The notes beneath the pieces are model-generated. The model did not search any database and was not told the DNA's origin. It worked only from the letters and a program-made list of their open reading frames with translations. A stretch of DNA of 64,000 bases from contig CDMY01000646.1 in NCBI GenBank assembly GCA_001179505.1, positions 186,001 through 250,000 on the forward strand. Direction: 5' to 3'. The DNA is from Vitrella brassicaformis CCMP3155. Taxonomy: Eukaryota > Protista > Chromerida. Within the stretch, counting starts at the first letter, position 1. The number at the start of each line of letters is the position of its first letter. Made by a program: the position numbers and the translations under genes. This document shows, in pieces, positions 35,661-45,733 of this stretch.

Positions 35661-38600
35661 ATGCCCGAGCAAGATCAGCAGCAGCTGCAGCAGCAGCGTG
35701 CTGCACCCGCAACAACACCCGCAGGTCCGCACACAGATGCAGATGCAGTTGCCTCCTCTCCCACTGGCACCGGCAGCAGCAGCGATAGTGCGTTTGAGCA
35801 GCAGGTGCGGTCCATCGCTGTGGAGCCGCATCTCAAATTCAACCCCAAACTCAAAATGGGCCGACTCGCAAACGGTGCGCACCGCACTGTAGGGAGAGAG
35901 AGACCACACCACAGGCAGCCACACACGCGTGTGTGTGGTTGGTGCCTCTGTGTGTTTGGTTGATGAGGGCATGTTGTGTTGGTTGTCAGGTATGGAGTAT
36001 CGCGTCCTGCCGCATTCGTTCCCGCCTCGCAAGGTGGTGTGTTACATGGCCGTCAACAGCGGCAGCCTACACGAGGACAGAGACGAACAAGGCCTGGCGC
36101 ACTTCCTAGAGGTGAGGTGGCAGATGGACAGGCAGAGATCGAGAGGCGGGATGCATGTGTGTGTGTGTGTGTGTGGTGTCATGGAGTGCAGCACTTGGTG
36201 TTTTTGGGCACTGCTCGGTTCCCCTCTGTGGAGGCCAGCAAGAAGGAACTCGCTGAGCTAGGTAGGCCGGTAACAGACAACAGACACACAGGCAGGCAGC
36301 ATCTCTCTCTCTCTCTCTCTCTCTCTGTGCGTTGGTTGATGGATAGGGATGGCGTATGGCGGCGACCTCAACGCCTACACCGACTTCAACCAGACAGTCT
36401 ACACCCTCCACTCGCCAACAGAGGCCCCTAGCGCCTCCTCGCCGTCCAACTCACCCACCTCACGTAAACACACACACACACACACCGCACCCAGATTTGT
36501 CAATCATCGGCAGATGTGTGTGTGTGTGTGGTTGGCTGGTTGTGTGTGTGTAGGGGAGACCACGGAGGCGCCCACAGACCACCCTGCTGCGGCGGCGGAT
36601 GAGAGCGGCAGCAACACGTACAGGTGTCTGGTGCTTCTGCGGGAGCTGTGCTTCGAGGCCACACTCGAGGGCGGCAAGGACTTCGACACGGAAAAGAAAA
36701 ACGTCATGAGCGAAGAACAGGTCGGCAACACACACAGAGAGAAAGAGAGAGAGCTGGACACACACACATGTGTCTTCTGTGTGTGTGCAGATGCGCAACA
36801 CAGTTGCGTATCGCGTCGAGAAGCGGCTGTTCGACCAGATGCACGGCGAGGACGGCAACATGCTCAAGGAAAGGTAGGTGCCCGTGTCTATCACATGCAC
36901 ACGCCTTTACAGCACAATGGAATGGAGACGTGCGCCTGTCTGTGTCCCGTGTGCAGGTGGCCAATCGGCGACATGCGAGTCATCCAGAAGTGCACGCCAG
37001 AGAAGGCCAGAGCATTCTACAAAAAATGGTTGGTTGGGAACCCCTCCCCCNNNNNNNNNNNNNNNNNNNNNNNNNNNNNNNNNNNNNNNNNNNNNNNNNN
37101 NNNNNNNNNNNNNNNNNNNNNNNNNNNNNNNNNNNNNNNNNNNNNNNNNNNNNNNNNNNNNNNNNNNNNNNNNNNNNNNNNNNNNNNNNNNNNNNNNNNN
37201 NNNNNNNNNNNNNNNNNNNNNNNNNNNNNNNNNNNNNNNNNNNNNNNNNNNNNNNNNNNNNNNNNNNNNNNNNNNNNNNNNNNNNNNNNNNNNNNNNNNN
37301 NNNNNNNNNNNNNNNNNNNNNNNNNNNNNNNNNNNNNNNNNNNNNNNNNNAATGGTTGGTTGGGAACCCCTCCCCCACCACCACCCCCCCCCCACCACCC
37401 CACACACGCAGAGAGAGAGAGAGAGAGAGAGAGAGACATGTGTCCGCCTGTGTGTGTGTGTCAACAGGTATACGCCCGACAACATGTGTCTGTTTGTGGT
37501 GGGCGACATCGAGGCAGAGGCGGTCGTCCGCGCCATCCACTCCATATTCGCCGACATCCCATCTCCATCTCCCACCCTCTCACCCTCGCCGTCAACACAC
37601 ACAGAAACAGAGGCCATGCCGCCGGACAGCGCCAGCGCACCCGTCCTGGAGTTCTGCAAAGGTAGGTGTGCGCTCACTGCACTGCACAGCACAGCACAGA
37701 GGCATTCATGTTCCCATTATGGGTTTGTTTCTCTCTCTCGGTGTGTGTGTGAAGGTGGTCGTTTCACGTGTCGCGGTTCGGGTCGTCTGCCGAGCAGCCA
37801 CGCGTTCTTCCAGTCGGCCAAGCAAAGGGAGGTGGTGGTGCAGCACGACCTACTCAGGCTGGTATGGTATCCACCCTCATCTCCCCCCACCCCCCCCCCA
37901 CACAGAGAGAGAGGGGGGGCGGGGAGGCATTTATCACCTTTATTGTGGGTGGGCTGATGGATGGATGTGTGTGTGTGTGTGTGTGTGTGTAGGTGAGCAT
38001 AACGATCGGCGTGAAGGAGCCGATGGTGGCCGTGAGGGACAGGAGGGAGAGCTTTATCACCGTGGTTGACACAACCATCGACCTGGTATGCAACCCCCCA
38101 CACCCCTCCACACACACACACATACCACACGATGGATGGATGGATGGCCTCATACACATACACACACACACACACATCACCAGGTGCTGCACTCCCGTCT
38201 GGCCGACCTGTACGACAACACGCGGGACCCGCCGTTCCTCTCAATCCTACACGAATACCTCAACAGGTGCACACACACACATACACACACACACACACAC
38301 GCAGCCAGGCGCTCACACGTGTGTGTGTGTGTGTGTGTGTCTGCAGTGCCCGTGAAAACTGCGCGTGGAACGTGCTGGTGCTCTCGGCCAAGCCCACCAA
38401 GTGGAAAGAGGCCCTGCACGCAGCCATACAGGTGACGCAGTGCGTCACTTGCCGACGAAGACGTGCACACACAAAGACACCCGCACAGATGGAAAAGTGT
38501 GTGTGTGCAGGAGATTGCGAAGCTGTGTTTGTATGGGGTGAGTGCGGGGGAGCTCAAGTGGGCCACACAGACGCTGCTCAAGCAGTGGAGGTACCCATCC

Positions 38601-39172
38601 ATCCATCCATCACACACACACACACACGGAGAGAGAGAGTCTCAGAGAGAGAGAGAGAGAGAGAGGTGTGTGTGTGTGTGTGTTTGTAGGGATGCGGCTC
38701 GTCAGGAGTCGTCGATTGAGTCCTCCGAGCTAATGGAGGAGCTCCTCGACGACTGGACCGTCGGCAACATCACCGTCGACAGAGAACAGGTCGGTGTGGT
38801 GGATAGATAGATAGACAGACAGACAGACGTGCATCTGTGTAATGTCGGTGGCTGGCTGTTGGTGTGTGCAGGAGTATCAGCTGTGCAAAGAGTTGGCACC
38901 GCTGGTCACCCCCCAAATCGTCCAAGACCGAGCAAAGCTGGTACCCCCCCCCCACAACAAACACACAAACACACACACAAGCACATGGGTCCATCCCCGC
39001 ATGCATCAGATTTTCCCGTTTGTGACGGATTACTTCGACGCCTACACGGGCCGTGAGGGCCGCCCGAGAGGCTCCATCTTCGTCTACGGCCCCACACACA
39101 TGAACACCGACACACAGGAGGGCCCCGATGCTGCATATGACGACTATGGGGACGACAACGAGTACGCACACA

Positions 39173-39209
<37 letters not shown>

Positions 39210-41347
39210 GAAGCCACCGCACGAAGAGACAGACAGACAGACAGCAAACTTCGATTGCTGGCCGCCCATGTCTGTGTGTGTGTGTCTGGGGGGTGCAGTG
39301 ACGGCCATATCCCCGACCCACTGGGCGGCGAGGAGCCCTCCCTGAGTCTGCAGCAGACCCCCGCCCTCATCCACGAGCAGGCCGTCAAGAAGATCTCCGC
39401 GCTCAGACACCTCGACGTTGACATGCCCACGATGAATTCCGGGGCACTTCCCAAGGTCTGTCGGCCTCTGCTCTGTGTGCCTCTCCCTTTGTGGCTGCGG
39501 ATGTGTGTGTATGGAGTGATTGGCTCATTCGTTCGTTTGTTCCTTTGCAGGGGCCCCGTCTGCGTCTTCGAGTGGGTGAGGTGCTGGAGGTGCTGAGGAA
39601 GGGGCTGCAGCAGCCAGAACAGCCGAGCGCATTCGAGCTTCCGGACTGGATTGTCGACCCTCACGAGATCGGTACGTCTGCCTGTGTGTGTCTGTGTGTG
39701 CGAACACACAACTCACGCAGCACACACAGAGGCACATCCCTCCCTCTCTCTCTCCCCCTCCCTCTCTATGTGTGTGGCTTCATTTGTGTGTGTGGTGCAG
39801 AGAGCAAGATGGCCTCCCTGCGACCTCGTTTCATCCCGCCGCTGGTGCGCTCGCCGCTCAAGTCCTTCGGACCACGTGTGTGCGCGGCGGCACCACACAC
39901 AGATGACGCGTCAGAGGGATACACCGACCCTCGCACAGACGTACGACACAACACACGCTGTTGCGTCTTTGGTATGGCCAATCTGTGTGTGTGTGTGCGT
40001 GTGTGTGTGTGTGAGCATCGCCAGGTGGTGTTGCTGCGGTTGCAGAATGGCGTGACGATCAATGCAAAAAAGACCGACTTCGGTGGGTGGCATGACACGA
40101 ATCACCGAATAGACACACACCACACACACACGGGCGTGTGTGGTGTGCGCATGATGATCTGATTGGTCAGAACCCAACAGCTGCGACATCCATCTGGCCT
40201 TCACGGGCGGTGTGCTGCTCGAGACCGACAAATCGGAGCAAGGCGCATCCAACCTCGGTAACACACACACACACACACAGACACATCCCCCCTCCCCCAA
40301 AACACAGCAGCACACAGACCCAGACTCGTTGGCTGCCATCGATGCATCGATCGGTCAATCAGGTTTGGAGGCCATCTTTGGCGGCGGCGTGTGTGGGTAC
40401 CCCAACAAGGTCATCCGCAAGCTCCTCCCGCTATGGGGTCTCTCCATCTCATCTGGCAGCGATAAAGAGGTCCCTCTCCCCTCCCCTCCCCACACACACC
40501 CACTGATGGATGTGTCCATCCATGTGTGTGTGTGTCCATGTGTGTCAACAGGGTGTGGTGGTGTCTATGGCGCTTGACGCCAATGCTGACGAGGGCGTGG
40601 GTCTGGAGCGGTCCTTCCAGCTCATCCACGCCTTCATGACCAAACCCACATGGGACCTGGAGGCACTCGAGAGAGCGCGGAACGCCATGCTCGTCAAACT
40701 GCAGGTAGGCGTACACACACACACACACACACACAGAGGGAGAGAGAGAGAGAGGGATGGGGGACCCACACACAGACAGACAGACCGAAAGCCACACACG
40801 TGTAGTTCCCTCCCATTTGTATGTCTGTGTGTGTCGACCGGGCATGTGTCAGCTGATGGAGACGTCGATGGACAGCCAACTGGCCATCCGTCTCGCCGAC
40901 GTGCTCTTCTGCGGCGACCACCGGTGCAGCACCCCCTCCGTGGACCAGGTCAAAGACCTCTCCGTCGACACACTCAAGACTCTCGTCAGGAGACAGCTGC
41001 AGCCCGAACGACTCGAGATCTCCGTCGTTGGTACGCGGACACACACCGATGGATGTGGCACATTGCCGCACCTTTGTTTCTCTCGTGCTTAAGGCGACTT
41101 CGACCTTGCCCGCGTCAAGGAGCTGGCACTTCGGTACCTCGGCACACTCGAGAACGACCCTGAGCACACCCTCGTGGCCACCGACGACCCAGCCGACGTG
41201 AGTGTGCCCTTTGCGCCCATCAAGCACTTCGACAGGTCGCAGGTGTGTCGCGTCTTCATCCCTGACGAGCAGGTGGGCGACCTCACCCCCCTACACACAC
41301 ACACACACACACACACATGGGAGTGTGTGTTGCGCATCGACCCTTCC

Positions 41348-41378
<31 letters not shown>

Positions 41379-42354
41379 TGTCCCTGTGCAGAACGCCAAT
41401 CGCTGCACGCTTACAGTGGCTTTCCGCAATTACGGCCGGTACGACACCGACAAGGCCCGGGCCTTCCACAATGAAGCGCAAGACAGCGGGGAGGAAGGAG
41501 AGGGTGTTGGCGATGGGATGGGCTACCACGGTGATGTGGACGCGCCGATGCCGCTGCTGGAGGGGGAGAGGTACAAGGCACACCCTTTCTATCGGTGAGG
41601 GAGTCGCGAGGGAGGGAGGGAGGGACAGAGAGGGCAAGAGGTGGATGCATCTTGTGTGGCAGGTTTCGGCTATGGCGGCTGATCGACTCCATCGTCAACA
41701 ACCGAATCTTCAAGTACACAAAACCCTCCCCCCCTCCACACACACACGCCCCCCTCACACACACAGGCATATTCGCGGCTTCTTCTTCTCTGGTCAATAC
41801 ACACACAGGGAGATCCGCGAGCACCGTGGTCTGGCGTATGCGGCCGACTTCACCGGCTCCCACAGCGATCTCTTCGACGACGGGGTGGTGTTTGTGACGG
41901 TCAACCCCTCCCCCGAGAAGGCAGCCAAGGCCTTTGACGCTGTCATGCTCGAACTGCACGTGAGAGAAGGGAGCGGTGTGCCATTGATGTGAGTGAGCCC
42001 ACATGTCGTGTGGTGTGTCTAGGCGCTGGCGACCGATCGGCCACCGACTGAGAATGAGTTCACTGCGGTGCGTGTGTGTTGATGAAGGGGCGGGTCAGGG
42101 GGTATGTATGTGTGTGAAGGATGGAGTCCTTCTCTGTCTCTCTCTCTCTCTCTGTGTGTGTGTCTGGCAGGCTCTGGCGCCCACCTTGGCGGGCATCGCG
42201 AGCAACCTGGAGACCAACGACTACTGGCTGACGCTGCTCTACGGCCTGCAGGATCGCTACAAAGCAAAGGACCTATCACACATCCACAGCATCGCCGACT
42301 TCTACGCAGTAACCCCACACCCCTCCCCCCTCCCCCCTCTCAACCCAAACGCAC

Positions 42355-42386
<32 letters not shown>

Positions 42387-43012
42387 AGAAAATCACGCTC
42401 GATGACGTGAAAGATGAGCTGAGGCATCGGTTCAATCCCTCCCCGTGTGTGACGGGCATCGGGCTGACCGGGTCGCGTGAGCTGGAGGGTCTGGGTGAGC
42501 GGCTGCAGGCAGCCATCGAGAAGCGGGTGAGGGACAAGTTCGGGGCGGACGAGTCGCTCTGCAACCAGCTGCAGCAGGTGGGCTGCACACACACACACGC
42601 ACACACACACACATACGCGCCATACAGAGTGAGTGGGCATGGGTGTGAGTGTGGGTGTCTGTGTGTCGGTGTGTGTGTGTTTAGTGGCCCTCTGATGGCT
42701 GGGAGGAGGTGCTAGAGGAAGACCAGGAGTGGGTCGCACTGCAGCAGAGGAAACGCCAAAAACGGTAAAACCAACCACGCACACACACGCACACGCATCC
42801 CCCGTCTCTATGTCTCACACCATTCATGTGTGCGCCTCCCTGTGTGTGCATGTGTGTGTGTGTGTGTGTGTAGGTGGCTGGTGTGGGCCGCTCCTGCAAT
42901 GGTGGTGGTGGCGACGGTTGTGCTGGGCGGGCTGTATGGCCTGTACTCGGGCAGGGGGCGGGGTGGTTGGGGAATCGGGGGCATTTTCACTTCTCGCCGG
43001 CCCACCGAATGA
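35661..43012 (+). CDS. M16 (insulinase) zinc metallopeptidase, stromal-processing-peptidase/PqqL-like, with a C-terminal transmembrane segment
   Basis: GRLANG|MEYRVL...GSLHEDRDEQGLAHFLE|HLVFLGT (HxxEH); DLNAYTDFNQTVYTLHSPT; WPIGD...KKWYTPDNMCLFVVGDIE; EIREHRGLAY; last exon RWLVWAAPAMVVVATVVLGGLYGLY...RRPTE*. An in-frame upstream ATG exists at 35508. Confidence 0.9.
37051..37350. other. Assembly gap (300 N) inside an M16 intron
   Basis: N run; the same 26 nt (aatggttggttgggaacccctccccc) flanks both sides, suggesting overlapping contig ends. Confidence 0.95.
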
Positions 43013-43050
43013 CTCTTTCTCTCCCCCCCTCTCTCTCTCTGGTTCACCTG

Positions 43051-43098
43051 GCTCTACAGAGGCCCTGCAGGGGGGCGTCTGCGGGGCCTCTGTAGAGC
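43051..43098 (+). other. 20-bp hairpin (8-nt loop) about 40 nt after the M16 stop
   Basis: gctctacagaggccctgcag / ctgcggggcctctgtagagc pair fully, with one G-U. Confidence 0.85.
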
Positions 43099-44500
43099 TC
43101 TCTGTTTTCCACTCTCTCTCTCTGCGGGGGTGTGTATGTGTTTTGATTTCGTGGTGTGCCGTGCCGTGTTGGTCTGCCTGCCTGCCTCTCTGTATCTAAG
43201 TGTTCGTGTCTGTGGGCGATGACGTTCAAATGGCCCCTGCGGCAGCCCCCTCTCTCTCTCTGTCTCTGAGCAAGAGAGTGTCCATCCGCAGCGCCATCGC
43301 AGCACTGGGCAGCCCTTATACACACCGACACACACACACACACGCACACAGAGACAGACATGCACGCAGCACCCTGAGCGCACGCACCTTATGGCCACAC
43401 CCACCACACGAGCTACCTCTCTCCTGTCGTCCTCTCTGCTGGCACCTGTCATGCCTGTCATGGCTGTATGCACCTAGATAGTCTGACGTGCGCTTTGTGA
43501 GCAAGTCCAGGCCTCTCCGGCGAAGGCCTGGCAGAGAAGAGACGTCTGTCGGTCGGCCGACATTACATTACATGGTCGACCGACGAATCGCCGGCCGCAG
43601 ACGTGTCACCTGGTCGGGGTAGGCGCCGCCTGAGGGGGGCCAGTGTGCATGTGTGCAATTATGAGTACGGCCAGTTCTGTACGGCCTCGAGTCGCTGCCC
43701 CTACTCGTCCCCTCTGAATCCATTCACGGTGCTCGCGTATATTGCGGGTGCTTGGGGTGGGAGGGGCGGGGGAGGGGCGGTGACTTGGGGGTATGAACAC
43801 ACCACCACCGGCGCGCGCGGCGTCCCTGGGATGCACCGGGTGGTGACTGGTGGGGGATTAGAAACCCCTCACCAATATCTCTAGCACACGACTCAGACAT
43901 GACGCAGACAGAGAGGCAGGCACCTACACACACATGTGGATCGACAATGTCCTCTCTCTTTTGGGCAGACAGACAGACAGACAGACATGGCGCGTGCTGC
44001 AGTGATGGGAGGGAGGGAGGGTTATGCGTGCATTTGTCTGTCCATCCATCCATCCGTGTGTGTGTCGGTGTGTGTGAGGGGTGGGGTGTTGAAACGTGCA
44101 CACGTCACACGCATCATGTGTATGTGTGTGTGAGGGCCAGCGGCAGTCATCGGCAAGGGTCCATCCGCGTGCATGGCAGCAAGGGACCAGCCCACTGACA
44201 CACAGACACGCAGACAGAGAGCAGACAGGGGCGCGTGTGTGTGTGTGTCTGTGGTGTGTGTGCTTCACGCGACATGGAAGATTGACTTCATGTCTGTATT
44301 TTGTGTTGCGTTTGGACATCTCTCTGTGTATGGATCATCGCATTACTAATTACATGAACAATCTGGCGGTCTTGCACACAATACATGCACACATGAGGAG
44401 AATAACTCATACAGTCTCACCGCCTCGTGTCAAGTCTCGACACTGCAGCAAAACTCACAGTGAATTCACATATACAGCACGCCCCCAACCAGTTCATGAT

Positions 44501-45704
44501 TCATTTGCCCAGATGATCCCAGAAATCCTTCCCAGGAGGCCGATGTGGACGAAGTTCGACTAGGAGGCGTTCATTCACACTCTCAAGCTCACGCTCACGC
44601 TCACGCTCGCTGTCTGTGTCATCAGATCGCTCCCTCTCGGACGGCGGTCGCCTCAATAGGGACTTGTCCACTCTCATATAGCCCAGAGACACCATCGTGC
44701 ACATCCCTCCGACAGCACGCAGCGGCCGCCACTTGTCTGCCCACACTTGTCCTTGACGGCCAATCTTCAAAAGGCAGCTGCTATCGGCACGTGTCATCAG
44801 CTCCTGACTGTTCCCAGAACGACAAGGGGAGGAAGTAAGTAGTTATCCATGAGAGGTCTGCGCGGCTGGCTTACCTGGCGCTCCAGAGGAAAGCTGCCAC
44901 AAACTTCCATTTACGCCTGTGCGGATCTTTCTTGTCCATTGCATCGAATGTCTTGACAAAATCAACGTCACCTGCACCAAAGCACCAATTTGCACATCTC
45001 ACAACTTGTCCTTTCTCGCACTCACCAGAGAGGAGAATGACGGCATCGATGTCATCCCTTGCAGCCGCATCGAGCACTGCATTGTTGACTTCAATGTCGC
45101 CCCCCGCCTGTCCTCTGATGAATCTCGTCTTCTCGCGACAGACGCCGCACTCCATCTCCTTTCCTTTCACATCCACTGTGACGAGCTTGAACTTGTACCT
45201 CTTCTGGAGTATCAGATTTTCGTCCTCCTCCACCCTGCGCCCCCCAACGTCCTGCTCCACCAGCTCGTGAAACTTGGTCATGACATTGTAATCATATTCA
45301 GCCCACTCATATATGTCGTTTCCCGCTTGTCCTGGCGGCAGCCTCTCGGTTCTCGAATTGAACAGTTCCGTTGCCCCCGTGTTGACAAACACCGAGTGCT
45401 CACGGTTGATTGACATTGGCCTCCGTGTCCATGACCGAAAGAACCCAATAGTCTTGTCGATGATGTCCTCGCATGTCGTGTAGTCGAGCCATCTACCTTC
45501 CTCAAACTGATCGTTGTAGCCGTGAATGATGTTGGCTCCGTCGACACGCGAACTTCATCTGGCGAGGTCATTACTTCCTGAGAAAACAAGAAAAGCATCA
45601 CCAAACAACACAAACATTGAAAGATCTAGCATCAGCATACCTGTTCGGCTGCTGACTTCCTTCCTTTTTCGCCTCCTCGAACCTCTGTTCTTGCGAGCTT
45701 GCAT
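44501..45704 (-). pseudogene. NYN (LabA/DUF88, PIN-like) ribonuclease paralog 1; 5' frame apparently broken
   Basis: VDGANII ... MECGVCREK ... QAGGDIEV ... IDAVILLSG|DVDFV ... KFVAAFLWSAR|SQEL...PPGKDFWDHLGK*. An in-frame TGA at 45555-45557 lies just upstream of VDGAN. Confidence 0.65.
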
Positions 45705-45715
45705 GAGAGCTCGCA
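45692..45715. promoter_or_regulatory. Inverted pair TGCGAGCT-N8-AGCTCGCA at the NYN-1/BDP1-like head-to-head junction
   Basis: ttgcgagct tgcatgag agctcgcaa, a perfect 9-bp inverted repeat about 18 nt before the ATG at 45734. Confidence 0.5.
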
Positions 45716-45733
45716 AAAAACAAAAGCGTCAAC

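Noticed and set aside
37021-37376. 26-nt direct repeat flanking the N run, and ORFs spanning the Xs
   Set aside because: Typical scaffold-overlap artefact inside an intron, not a target-site duplication or insertion.
45555-45557. In-frame TGA in NYN-1 as selenocysteine
   Set aside because: The position is not a Cys in the paralog and I saw no SECIS-like element downstream; a frameshift or stop is more parsimonious.
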